Of a DNA stretch of 64,000 bases, positions 18,136-28,014 are shown one piece after another (position 1 is the first letter of the stretch; each line of letters opens with the position of its first letter). A program made the translations under genes and the position numbers. Source of the DNA: an uncultured Endomicrobiia bacterium (GTDB taxonomy: Bacteria > Elusimicrobiota > Endomicrobiia > DTEH01); assembly GCA_937928765.1 (NCBI GenBank), contig CALFVX010000001.1, positions 16,246-80,245 on the forward strand. Reading direction: 5' to 3'. The notes under the pieces are model-generated. The model saw only the letters and a list, made by a program, of their open reading frames with translations. It did not search any database and was not told where the DNA came from.

Positions 18136-21100
18136 GAATAAAAGATTATTTTGAAAAAATTGTAATATTAAGAATTCTGTTTTTAGTTTCTAGATTTGTT
18201 ATAACAGCAGTTAATGTGATAATTGGATTCTTTGTATTAAGTATGTTAATAGATAAAATTTTACCGTTGCCTATTATAATTTTTCACATTTATTGGTTTA
18301 TTATTTTAGGAGTGATTTTTATATTTTTTATTAATCTTATCGTAAGAGTTGTAGAACTTAAAGTAAAACCTTATTATTATATTATGGAATCTATAAACAA
18401 ATATTTAAGGTTAGAAAATAAAGATGCTGTAATTAATGCTTTTTTATTAGAACAAAATTTAGTCTATGATAAAAATTTGAATTTTTCTTCTGAGTTAGCT
18501 AGCGAATTTATTAAAAATGTAAAAGAAAAATTGTTAGAAATAAAACCAAAAAAGATAGTTGAATTTGAAAAAATTTTTAAAGTCTTACCACTTAATTTTA
18601 TACTAATTTCTTTAGCTTTTATACTTTACATATACCCTCCATATGTAATCAAAGAAGGTGTATATAAAATTCTATTTACAAGAAATCCGGAAATACTAGG
18701 TATTTTTATTATGCCTAAAAATATAAAAATTCCCTATAAAGAAAGTTGTGAAATAAAAGTTATTATAGATAAAAATTATGAACTTTATATTCCGGCTTTA
18801 TTTGTAAAAACAAAAAATTTTGATAAGTTTGTGAGAGTAAATTTTGATTCTCAAGAAAATTTTTTAAATAGGAAAATATATAAATATAAAATAAATTCTA
18901 TAGAAGAAAAAATATTTTATAAAATAAAATTTCGTGGAGTAAAAACTAAAACTTTTGTTATAGATCCGATTCTATATCCTGAGATTTCTAAAATAAAAAT
19001 TTTTGTATCTCCTCCAGAATATACAGGAATAGAACCTTATGAAATAAATAGTTTTAATGCAACAAAATATTTTTATAACACTAACATAAAATTTACAGGT
19101 ACAACAAATAAAAAGGTAGAAAATGTAAATCTTTTGTTTAGCGATGGTGAGAAAATAATACTTTCATTAGATAAAAATAAAACAAATTTTTATGGAGAAT
19201 TTAAAATAACTAAAGACACAGAATTATGGTTTGAAATTACTGATACAGAAAATATGAACAACTTTGAAAAATTAAGATATAAAATAAATATTTTAGAAGA
19301 TAAATATCCTGAAATTAAACTTATTTCTCCTCAAGATGAAATTGTAGTTGAGCCTAATGTTAAAATACCACTAGTTTTTTCTTGTAGAGATGATATTTCT
19401 TTAAAAAAGGTTGAGTTGGTATATTATATTAACAACGATGTGAAAAATAAAATAAAAATTAAAGAATATCTTCAAAAAACAAAAGAAGATTTAGAAGAAT
19501 ATATTTTTGATCTAAGTAAATTAAAAGTTAATTTTGGAGATGTTATAAGTTATTATTTTATCGTATATGATAACAATCCTTATAAAAGTCAATATAATCT
19601 CTCTTCTGTACAAAAGATAGAAATTTTTAGCTATGAAAAACAACATAACAATATACAAAAACAAATAGAGGAATTTAATAAAAAATCTCTGGATTTACTT
19701 TCTAAAGAGATTGAATTAAAAGAATTTTTTTTAACCAAAACTACTACAACAGCAAATTTTAATGATGATTTACAAAAATTTATTATTTCTCATTTAAAAA
19801 CAAAAGAAGATTTTGATAATTTGGAAAAAATAATTTCTTCTATTGTAGAAAATATGTCAAAAGATCCATATACTTCGTTTGATACATATATAGAATTTAA
19901 AAATATAGAATCTTTAATTAAAGAGTTAAAAGAAGAAATTTTTCCAAAACTTTTAGATGAGTTAAGAGATAAAAATTTGTCTAAAGCAGAAGAATCTCAG
20001 CAACAAATTGTAGATAGTTTAGAAAGAATTACAGGATTATCTAATGAAATTGTTAAAAAACAAAATATGCATAATATAGCAGAAATTGCTAGAGATATAA
20101 AAAGTTTTAGTGAAGATATTTTCGAAATTTTGAAAAATTCAGATAAAAATATTTCTGAAGAAGAAAAAAATAAGATAAAAAATTTGCTTAAAGAAATTGA
20201 AGATAAATTAAAAAAAATAAATGATTTGATCAAAAATATGCCACAGGATTTGCCAATTGAGTTTGTTAACCAAAGAGATATACAAAATTTAGATTTATTT
20301 TCACCAACAGATTTAATACAAAAAATTGTCTCTGCTATAGAACAAAACAATCTTTCTTTGGCAACAATGTTAGCAAAAAATTTGTTGTCCCAGTTAGATT
20401 ATATAACTAAAAAGATTTCTCAGCCAAGCTATGAAATAGCTTTATCTGGGACATCATATTTAGATAAGGAGCTAAAGGAGTTGATTAGTAATTTGGATGA
20501 AATTATTTTTGAAGAAGATGAGATATATAAAAATACAAAAAAGATTGAAAACTATAGAATAACAGAAGTTTTAAAGCATCAAGAAGACAAAAAGGACATA
20601 ATAAAAAATCATATTGAGGAAATAAAAAATGAGATTAATAAAGTATTAAATACAGATGAATTTAATCAATTTGTAAATAAAAACATTTATAAACAAAATT
20701 CTTTAAAAGCTATAAATAATTTAAATGCGGTAATTTTAGAAACAGAAAAAAATATATTTTTAAAGACAGCACAATTAATAGAAGATAGCAAAAAAATATG
20801 GATGAATAACTTTGATTTAATTAATGATTTAGATATAGAAATATATAGAGTTTTAATAGAAAAAACAAAAATTGTAAAAGAAAAAATTGATGAATTACAT
20901 AAAATTGTAAATTTAGAACCGGAGATAAAATATAAAAGTGAAATATTAAAAAAAAATGAAGAGTTGATATATAAGCAAGAATTTGTAATTAATAAAACAA
21001 AAAATTTTAGAGAAAAATTAAAATCTTTAGGTAAAAAGAGCTTTATTATTTCTTACAAAGATATACTAATCACTAACCAGTCTATAAATTCAATGAATAA

Positions 21101-21440
21101 TTCAAAAGAATTTTTAGAAATAAAAAACTTTTCTTTGGCACTACAAGAACAAAATTCTGCAATAAATCTATTGTTAAAATTAAGGAATAAGTTTAATGAT
21201 AAAAAATCTATGATGCAACAAATATTAAATTCTATTGGTAAACCTATAGCGGAAAAATTGCAATATAAATCTTCTGCTGGTAAAATTGGTGTTATTGAAG
21301 GAAGAGTGTTGTTACCTTCTGTAAAAGATTATGAACCACCAAAAGAGTTAAGAGAAGAGATAATAAAGTCGTTAAGCGAAAAATATCCTAAAGAGTTAGA
21401 AAATATATTACAAAAATATTATCAAGAAATTTTAAGATGA
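18132..21440 (+). CDS. Large (1102 aa) membrane-anchored coiled-coil protein of unknown function
   Basis: N-terminal 3-4 TM helices followed by a long K/E/I/N-rich helical region. It is ATGA-coupled both upstream and downstream. Confidence 0.45.
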   Translation: MRIKDYFEKIVILRILFLVSRFVITAVNVIIGFFVLSMLIDKILPLPIIIFHIYWFIILGVIFIFFINLIVRVVELKVKPYYYIMESINKYLRLENKDAVINAFLLEQNLVYDKNLNFSSELASEFIKNVKEKLLEIKPKKIVEFEKIFKVLPLNFILISLAFILYIYPPYVIKEGVYKILFTRNPEILGIFIMPKNIKIPYKESCEIKVIIDKNYELYIPALFVKTKNFDKFVRVNFDSQENFLNRKIYKYKINSIEEKIFYKIKFRGVKTKTFVIDPILYPEISKIKIFVSPPEYTGIEPYEINSFNATKYFYNTNIKFTGTTNKKVENVNLLFSDGEKIILSLDKNKTNFYGEFKITKDTELWFEITDTENMNNFEKLRYKINILEDKYPEIKLISPQDEIVVEPNVKIPLVFSCRDDISLKKVELVYYINNDVKNKIKIKEYLQKTKEDLEEYIFDLSKLKVNFGDVISYYFIVYDNNPYKSQYNLSSVQKIEIFSYEKQHNNIQKQIEEFNKKSLDLLSKEIELKEFFLTKTTTTANFNDDLQKFIISHLKTKEDFDNLEKIISSIVENMSKDPYTSFDTYIEFKNIESLIKELKEEIFPKLLDELRDKNLSKAEESQQQIVDSLERITGLSNEIVKKQNMHNIAEIARDIKSFSEDIFEILKNSDKNISEEEKNKIKNLLKEIEDKLKKINDLIKNMPQDLPIEFVNQRDIQNLDLFSPTDLIQKIVSAIEQNNLSLATMLAKNLLSQLDYITKKISQPSYEIALSGTSYLDKELKELISNLDEIIFEEDEIYKNTKKIENYRITEVLKHQEDKKDIIKNHIEEIKNEINKVLNTDEFNQFVNKNIYKQNSLKAINNLNAVILETEKNIFLKTAQLIEDSKKIWMNNFDLINDLDIEIYRVLIEKTKIVKEKIDELHKIVNLEPEIKYKSEILKKNEELIYKQEFVINKTKNFREKLKSLGKKSFIISYKDILITNQSINSMNNSKEFLEIKNFSLALQEQNSAINLLLKLRNKFNDKKSMMQQILNSIGKPIAEKLQYKSSAGKIGVIEGRVLLPSVKDYEPPKELREEIIKSLSEKYPKELENILQKYYQEILR

Positions 21441-23023
21441 AAAAAAACATATATTTTGTGGCTTTAATTTTGTTAAACTCTATTTCTTTATTTTTAGCAG
21501 ATGTTAATCATCAAAATAGCAAGATAAATTTTATTTTAAATTATTTAGAAGCAGGCAATTTCAAACAAGCAGAAGAAATTATAAATACTGAGAGAGATTA
21601 TGATTTAAAAGGATATCTGTATAGTATATATCATTTATATAGCGGAGATAATGTTTTAGCCGAAGAATATGTTAAAAGAGTACAGAATAATTACAAAGAT
21701 GACTTCTTTTCTAATTATATTGTAAACATTAATAAAATTATAAACGATTATGAAGTTTATGAATCTCAACATTTTAAAGTTTTTCTTAAAGGTAAAGATA
21801 CTATACTAAAAGATTTTATTTTAGAAAAGTTAGAAAAAATTTATGAGATATATGGAAGGATATTTAATTATTATCCAGAAGATAAAGTTAGAGTAGAAGT
21901 TTATAATACAAAACAGGAATTCTATTTTGCTACAACTTTAAAAGAAGACTTAGTTAAAAATACAGGGGTAGTTGGTATTTGTAAGTTTAACAAAATTATG
22001 ATTATCTCACCAGAAAATTTGCCGTTAGGATACAGGTGGATTGACACATTAGCACATGAATACATACATTTTATTCTTAATAGAAAAACATCATATAAGT
22101 ATCCTTTATATCTACACGAAGCAACTGCAAGATATTTTGATACTATATATAGATCTTCTTTTGTGGTATGTTTTACAGCTGGTAATTTGAAATTATTAGT
22201 TGAAGCTAAAAAAAATAATAAACTTATAAATTTTGATGAGATGAAAGGATCTTTAATATATTTTGAGGATATAGATAAAATAGAATTAGCATTTGTAGAA
22301 CTTGCTAGTTTTGTAGAATTTTTAGTTAAAAATTTTGGTATTGAAAAATTTGTTAAATTTATAGAACAATATGATTCTCAGAATGAAAAAAAATTATATA
22401 AAGAAATTTTTGATAAAGATTATAAAGAGATCATATCTTTATGGATGCAAACAATAGATGAAAAAGAAGAATATATAAAACTATATCCTGGTGCTGTTTC
22501 AGATTTAAAAATTAAAACCGCAACAGATGAAAATAGTTTGATAGGCCTTGATTTAGAAAGTTATATTAGATTAGGAGATAAATTTTTAAGTTTGAATAAT
22601 TATAAATCTGCATTGTTTCAATATAATAAGGCAAAAGAGATTGAAGCCTATAATCCATTGGTTTTAAGTAGAATTGGGAAAATATATTTATTAACAAAAA
22701 AATATGATTTATGTGAGGAAGTATTAAAAGAATGTATATTGTCCAACCCAAATTTTGTTACTTCCTATGAGATTTTGTTAAAATGTTATTATGAAAAAGG
22801 TGATTATGAAAAAGTTTTAGAGATTTTTAATTCTGTTGTTGAGATTAATCCGTTTAATTATGAAATAAGAAAAATAGTTGCGGAAGTATATGCAAGTTTA
22901 GGTAAAATTAAAGAAGCATTGCAACAATATAAAATAGTAAAGATTTTACAACCAAATGATATAGAAATAGAAAATATTATTAATTCTTTAGAAGAATATT
23001 TAAAGATAAAATATAGAAGATGA
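21437..23023 (+). CDS. Putative secreted zinc metallopeptidase (HExxH) with C-terminal TPR repeats
   Basis: Signal peptide, HEYIH motif in the sequence DTLAHEYIHFIL, and a C-terminal TPR block. Confidence 0.45.
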   Translation: MKKNIYFVALILLNSISLFLADVNHQNSKINFILNYLEAGNFKQAEEIINTERDYDLKGYLYSIYHLYSGDNVLAEEYVKRVQNNYKDDFFSNYIVNINKIINDYEVYESQHFKVFLKGKDTILKDFILEKLEKIYEIYGRIFNYYPEDKVRVEVYNTKQEFYFATTLKEDLVKNTGVVGICKFNKIMIISPENLPLGYRWIDTLAHEYIHFILNRKTSYKYPLYLHEATARYFDTIYRSSFVVCFTAGNLKLLVEAKKNNKLINFDEMKGSLIYFEDIDKIELAFVELASFVEFLVKNFGIEKFVKFIEQYDSQNEKKLYKEIFDKDYKEIISLWMQTIDEKEEYIKLYPGAVSDLKIKTATDENSLIGLDLESYIRLGDKFLSLNNYKSALFQYNKAKEIEAYNPLVLSRIGKIYLLTKKYDLCEEVLKECILSNPNFVTSYEILLKCYYEKGDYEKVLEIFNSVVEINPFNYEIRKIVAEVYASLGKIKEALQQYKIVKILQPNDIEIENIINSLEEYLKIKYRR

Positions 23024-24516
23024 ACAGAGATATTTATTTAAAAATAAGGAAAGAACAGTTTAAAAAAATTAATAATTTAGTTAAAGAAAATTTTTTTGAA
23101 AAAAATCTTAGTAAGAAAATAATAGGTGAAATTTGGTATAGACAAGAGTTTGAAAAAAGAAATCTGACTACTATAGATGGTAAAAAAATTTTTGTTATTT
23201 CTCCTGGAGAAAGAAGTAGTTTTATTCATTTCGACTTTACTAAAGCAAAGATTTTGGTTGATGGCAAAGAATATGTTTTAGATATAGAAGTCCATAAGAA
23301 TCGTTCTGATTGGTTTAAACATAAACACGATTTTAGTTTAAAAGATGATGAAGGAATTTTACATGTTTTTTATAATTTTGACACTAAGAGATTAATTGAA
23401 GGCAGAAAGATTTTTGAGATATGTTTAAAAGGCTTTATTAATTTTGAAAATTTATATTTATTTGAAGATTTGAAAGAAATAAGATTTAAAGAAGCAGGTT
23501 TGTGTGGTTACAATATGTCAAACAAGGATTATGAATATTTGGAGGGTTTAATAATTTCTGCAGCAGAAGCAAGAGTATTTTTAAAATCTGAAAAATTTTT
23601 TAAATGGTTTATAAGTAAACAACAAGAAGAACAACTACTTTATGAACAGATTTGTGAAGTTTATGGTTTTGCTAATAATAGAGATAATTTTTTATTATTG
23701 TCAAATTTAGTACCAATAAAAAAAATTAGAAAATTAATCAGAAAGTATCCTAAAAGTCAGCATATTGAAATAATAGAAAGTATTTTTTTTGGCGTGAGTG
23801 GTTTATATTATGATTTAAAAGATAAATGTATAGTTGACGACTATGTATTAAAAATATACAATTTTTGGGAAAACAAGTTTAATAAATTTTTTAGCAAAAA
23901 ACTATTAAGAGATAAATGGAGATTTTATAAAACCCGGCCAGTAAATTATCCTTATAGAAGAATCTCTGCTTTAAGTAGGACATTAGCAAATTTTTTAGAA
24001 TTTAAAATTAACAATTTTTTAACTAATCTATTAGAAAATTTTTCTGTAGAAGAAATTTTTTATCATTTAAATAATATTTTTTACCAACCTGCTGAAGGGT
24101 ATTTTTCAAAAAAATGTAGTTTTACAAGTAAAGAATTTAAAAAACCAGTAGTTTTGTTTGGTGAAGAAAAAGTTTCTGTTTTAATAATTAATGTTATTAT
24201 ACCATATTTTATTTACTATTCGAGAAAGAAAAAAGATGAAAAACTTTATTCAAAAATTTTAAAGATATTTGAAAATATAAAATTAGCGGAAAAGAATAAT
24301 ATAGTTATTAATTTTTCAAAAAATTTGATAAAAAGTAGAGAACATAGAAAATATTTTTTATCAAAACCAATTTTTGTTCAAGGGTTGTTACAAATTTATA
24401 AAGATTTTTGTGAATCATTTTATAATAGATGCAGTGATTGTTATCTACCAAAAATTGTAAAACAGGATTATATTATTAATGAAGACAAGAATAAATTTGA
24501 TTTTATAGAATTATGA
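23020..24516 (+). CDS. DUF2851-like protein
   Basis: 498 aa, coupled within the operon, with no catalytic motif recognised. The family call is from overall resemblance and is low confidence. Confidence 0.35.
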   Translation: MNRDIYLKIRKEQFKKINNLVKENFFEKNLSKKIIGEIWYRQEFEKRNLTTIDGKKIFVISPGERSSFIHFDFTKAKILVDGKEYVLDIEVHKNRSDWFKHKHDFSLKDDEGILHVFYNFDTKRLIEGRKIFEICLKGFINFENLYLFEDLKEIRFKEAGLCGYNMSNKDYEYLEGLIISAAEARVFLKSEKFFKWFISKQQEEQLLYEQICEVYGFANNRDNFLLLSNLVPIKKIRKLIRKYPKSQHIEIIESIFFGVSGLYYDLKDKCIVDDYVLKIYNFWENKFNKFFSKKLLRDKWRFYKTRPVNYPYRRISALSRTLANFLEFKINNFLTNLLENFSVEEIFYHLNNIFYQPAEGYFSKKCSFTSKEFKKPVVLFGEEKVSVLIINVIIPYFIYYSRKKKDEKLYSKILKIFENIKLAEKNNIVINFSKNLIKSREHRKYFLSKPIFVQGLLQIYKDFCESFYNRCSDCYLPKIVKQDYIINEDKNKFDFIEL

Positions 24517-25619
24517 AGAACATATTATCAAAACAAGTTTTAAAATTGTTAAAAAATAACTATTTATATAAGTATGTTTATGTTTTCTTACAATTTCTGG
24601 TTAACAATAACTACAACTTTTATTTTGTAGGAGGTAGTTTAAGAGATGTTATTCTTTCAATTTTGTATAACAAAAAATTTTTGCCACAAGATATAGATAT
24701 TGTAGTTGAGACAAAAGATTATTTTGGTTTAGTGGAAAAAATTAAAGATTTATACTTCAAAAACAACAACATAGAATTTATAGCACATCCAAAATTTCTT
24801 ACTTTCAGTATCATTATATATGAAAAGAATAAAAAATTAAAAATAGATTTATCATTGCCAAGAAAAGAACAATACAAATTTTCAGGTGCGTTGCCAGAAG
24901 TAGATTTTGGAAGCATACAAGAAGATTTGTTTAGGAGAGATTTCACAGTAAATTCTATAGCATTAAGATATGATAATGAAAAAAAAGAATATTATTTTTT
25001 TGACCCGTATTATGGAATTAGAGATTTATTTGATAAAAAAATAAGGATTTTACATAATAAAAGTTTTATAGATGATCCTACACGAATAATTAGAGCTATA
25101 AGGTTTGCTGCAGATTTGAATTTTAAAATTGAAAAAAATACAGAAAAATTGTTAAAGGAAGCAGTAAATAGTGGTGTATTAAAAAATATTTCAAAAGTAA
25201 GATTGCATAATGAATTCCTATATATTTTAAAAAAAGGTAGAAACTTATCTCAAATTAGTAAGAACTTTTTAAAATATAATGTTGTAAGTTACTACAAAGA
25301 TATAGAAGATATAATAGGTGTTTTTGTTAAACAAAGTAAAAAAATTGAATTGCAAGAAATAAGGAATTATGATATAAAATTTTACATTAGACTATTTTAT
25401 CTTATAAAATCCACTTTAATAGAGATTGATATATTTGATAAGGAATACTTAAAGAAAGTTAAAGATATAATGGTTAGATTATATATTAATAAAAAAGATA
25501 GAGAAGATATTTATTATGCAGTAAAAACTTTTATTGGGAAAAACAAGGTTTTAAACCATGAAAAATTACCTTTATGGATAGAATACTACTCTAAAATTTT
25601 TGATAATCCTCTTTATTAG
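24513..25619 (+). CDS. Poly(A) polymerase / CCA-adding-enzyme family nucleotidyltransferase (head domain)
   Basis: Pol-beta NTase motif FYFVGGSLRDVIL...DIDIVV plus the RIIRAIRFAADLNF helical region typical of PF01743. Confidence 0.55.
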   Translation: MKNILSKQVLKLLKNNYLYKYVYVFLQFLVNNNYNFYFVGGSLRDVILSILYNKKFLPQDIDIVVETKDYFGLVEKIKDLYFKNNNIEFIAHPKFLTFSIIIYEKNKKLKIDLSLPRKEQYKFSGALPEVDFGSIQEDLFRRDFTVNSIALRYDNEKKEYYFFDPYYGIRDLFDKKIRILHNKSFIDDPTRIIRAIRFAADLNFKIEKNTEKLLKEAVNSGVLKNISKVRLHNEFLYILKKGRNLSQISKNFLKYNVVSYYKDIEDIIGVFVKQSKKIELQEIRNYDIKFYIRLFYLIKSTLIEIDIFDKEYLKKVKDIMVRLYINKKDREDIYYAVKTFIGKNKVLNHEKLPLWIEYYSKIFDNPLY

Positions 25620-25764
25620 TTTTTCAAATTTTAATTTTTTTATAAAATTATTAAAAAATCAATGAGAGTTGTATTGTTTGATTTCTATGCAAAGATTTTT
25701 TAAATTTTAATTTCCGTTGTAAAAAACATAAAAGTTAACAAAATGTAAAAATTTTCTTGTTTAG

Positions 25765-25793
25765 TTGACAAATTGCACTTTTTTGTATATTTA
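25765..25793 (+). promoter_or_regulatory. Sigma70-like promoter (TTGACA at about 25765-25770; -10 TATTTA/TATAT about 17 nt downstream) driving the riboswitch-led operon
   Basis: TAGTTGACAAATTGCACTTTTTTGTATATTTATATTAATTGG is nearly identical to the block at 55312-55350. Confidence 0.45.
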
Positions 25794-25841
25794 TATTAAT
25801 TGGCAGGGGCAACAAAAAGTTCTTAAAATATTAAGATTAAT

Positions 25842-25934
25842 TTCCTTCACGCGATAAAGGCAAACCCTGAGTAATCAGGGGGCGCAAAGCTATAGGGTCC
25901 TTCAGATGAGGGGCAGCCAGCTGCCGAAGGAAGG
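25842..25934 (+). promoter_or_regulatory. Cyclic-di-GMP-I (GEMM) riboswitch in the 5' leader
   Basis: CACGCGAUAAAGGCAAACCCUGAGUAAUCAGGGGGCGCAAAGCUAUAGGGUCC...GGGGCAGCCAGCUGCC carries the GEMM-I hallmarks GGCAAACC and GGCGCAAAGCUAUAGGG with a GNRA-like tetraloop hairpin. Flanking P1 strands UCCUUC/GAAGGA overlap the SD, and the ATG is at 25938. Confidence 0.7.
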
Positions 25935-25937
25935 AAA

Positions 25938-26399
25938 ATGAAAGTAGAAGAAAATTTTTTTGCTTTCAAAAAAACATTTTACAAAAATTTTACATACTCT
26001 TTCCTTACTTTACTTTTTAGTATAATACTTATAAAAAATCTTTTGTTATCAAATCATAACATACAAAACTTACCTAATAATGATTTAAAATTTAGCAAAA
26101 GCTCTTATAGCACTATAAATTTTTATTCTGAAGAAGGTATTATAGTTAATTTTCCTAATCCGTTTAGTAATTTCACTTATATTTATGTTAGATTGCCTAA
26201 AAAAGATGATTGTATAATAAAAATATACGATTTGTTTGGTAATTTGATTAAAGAATTTAATCTATCTGGCGAAGATAAATATATGTTGGTTTGGGATGGA
26301 AGAAATTTTAATTCTGAAAAGGTATCAAAAGGCGGATATATTTGTGTCTTACAATATAGTGGTAAAAAAATTATAAGAAAAATAGGTTATTTAAGATGA
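25938..26399 (+). CDS. Small membrane-anchored protein consisting essentially of a T9SS C-terminal sorting (CTD) / FlgD-Ig-like beta-sandwich domain
   Basis: FPNPFSNFTYIYVRL...CIIKIYDLFGNLIKEFNL...WDGRNFNSEKVSKGGYICVLQYSGKKIIRKIGYL matches the Por_Secre_tail / FlgD_ig consensus. There is no cargo domain. Confidence 0.55.
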   Translation: MKVEENFFAFKKTFYKNFTYSFLTLLFSIILIKNLLLSNHNIQNLPNNDLKFSKSSYSTINFYSEEGIIVNFPNPFSNFTYIYVRLPKKDDCIIKIYDLFGNLIKEFNLSGEDKYMLVWDGRNFNSEKVSKGGYICVLQYSGKKIIRKIGYLR

Positions 26400-28003
26400 A
26401 GCTAAATAACAACAATAATATCTTTTTTGTTTTTGAATTTAAAATAAAAGTATGGGTTATTATTTTTTTGTTTTTATTTAATAATATTTTACAATCTTCT
26501 TACACAGGAGGCCAACCTGCAGAATTTTTACAATTTGGTGCTTCAGCAAAAGGTATGGCTATGAAAGCATTTTTTTCTATTTCAGATGATGCATCTGCAG
26601 TATATTATAATCCAGCAGGACTTGTACAGTGTGATAGAAAAGAAATTTTAGCCTTGCATACTGAACTTTTTCCTAATACTCAAACAATATATGATTTTAT
26701 AGGTTTTGTTTATCCTACGATAAAATATGGTATTTTTTCTTTAGGGATTACACAGTTGTTATCTACTGGATTTGAAAAAATCGAGATAGAATACGATTCT
26801 TCTTCAGAGGATATCATCAGAATAGAAAATAAAGGTACTTTTGATGATAGACAAATTGCTATTTTGTTAGGTTATGCTAAAGAAGTTGTTGAACATATAA
26901 ATTTAGGTGTCGGGTTTAAATATATTTCTAGAAAGTTAGATATTTATTCTGATACAATGATAGGTAGCGATATTAATGTATTAGTGAGTGGACTAAATTC
27001 AAAATTGCCAAAACTTAATGTTGCTTTTGGAATAAAAAATTTAATTTCTACTAAAAGTGGCACTGAAGATAGTTTGCCTATAATATTTAAATTAGGCAGT
27101 TCCTATAAGTTTATGAGAGACAGGTTAGTTTTAGGTTTTGATATTGAGAAAAATATAAATTCAGAGTTGAAATGGATGTTGGGAACAGAATATTGGTTAT
27201 TGGAGTTTTTTGCTTTGAGATTAGGATTTGAAGGTTTGAGTTATTTAAAAGAAACAACTGCAGGATTAGGGTTTAAATATAAAGATTATCGCGTAGATTA
27301 TTCCTTTGCATATCACGAATTGGGTTTTTCTCATAGAATTTCTGCAGATATAAAATGGGGTAAATCAGTAAAATTTGACCGAGAAGAAGAGATAAAAAGA
27401 TTAATTAACGAAACCATTGCTTTGTATACTGCAGGAAAGTTTATGGAAGCTGCAAAAAAAGCCGAAACAGCATATCAATTAGATCCTAACAAAAAAGATG
27501 TTAAAAAAATTCTTGATAATTTACTTTTGATAACAGCTTATATTCGTTCTGCAACAGAAGATACTGAAGAACATCAGGGTATAAGAAGGGCAACTTTATC
27601 TTTGATGGAAAACGATTTTGCTGGAACAGTTAATGCTTTAAGATATGCATATTATAAGAATCCAACTAATAAATCATTACATCAACTGTTAAATCGTATT
27701 GAACAAATAGCTGGAATGACTCTTACCGAAGCTTATAGGGAAGAAGTTGCTGGTTGGTCTATAATAGATAAAAAGATTTATGAAGCAAGAGAAGATGTTT
27801 TAAATGGTAGATACACTGACGCCATAAGAAAATGTCAGGAAATACTTAATTTAGAGCCAAAAAATACAACTGCACTTGAAATTATGGGTTCTGCCTTCTT
27901 TATGATGAATGAGATAGATAAAGCAAAAGCTGTCTGGAAAAAAGTCTTAGAATTAGATCCAACGAACAAGGTTATACAACAATTTTTACAAGAATTAGAA
28001 TAA
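26396..28003 (+). CDS. Outer-membrane beta-barrel protein (FadL/PorV-like N-terminal motif) with C-terminal TPR repeats
   Basis: Signal peptide, then FGASAKGMAMKAFFSISDDASAVYYNPAGL, which is the FadL/TodX/PorV-type hallmark. It has an alternating beta-strand pattern, and the last ~200 aa are TPR-like. Confidence 0.5.
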   Translation: MKLNNNNNIFFVFEFKIKVWVIIFLFLFNNILQSSYTGGQPAEFLQFGASAKGMAMKAFFSISDDASAVYYNPAGLVQCDRKEILALHTELFPNTQTIYDFIGFVYPTIKYGIFSLGITQLLSTGFEKIEIEYDSSSEDIIRIENKGTFDDRQIAILLGYAKEVVEHINLGVGFKYISRKLDIYSDTMIGSDINVLVSGLNSKLPKLNVAFGIKNLISTKSGTEDSLPIIFKLGSSYKFMRDRLVLGFDIEKNINSELKWMLGTEYWLLEFFALRLGFEGLSYLKETTAGLGFKYKDYRVDYSFAYHELGFSHRISADIKWGKSVKFDREEEIKRLINETIALYTAGKFMEAAKKAETAYQLDPNKKDVKKILDNLLLITAYIRSATEDTEEHQGIRRATLSLMENDFAGTVNALRYAYYKNPTNKSLHQLLNRIEQIAGMTLTEAYREEVAGWSIIDKKIYEAREDVLNGRYTDAIRKCQEILNLEPKNTTALEIMGSAFFMMNEIDKAKAVWKKVLELDPTNKVIQQFLQELE

Positions 28004-28014
28004 TTTTTAGGAGG

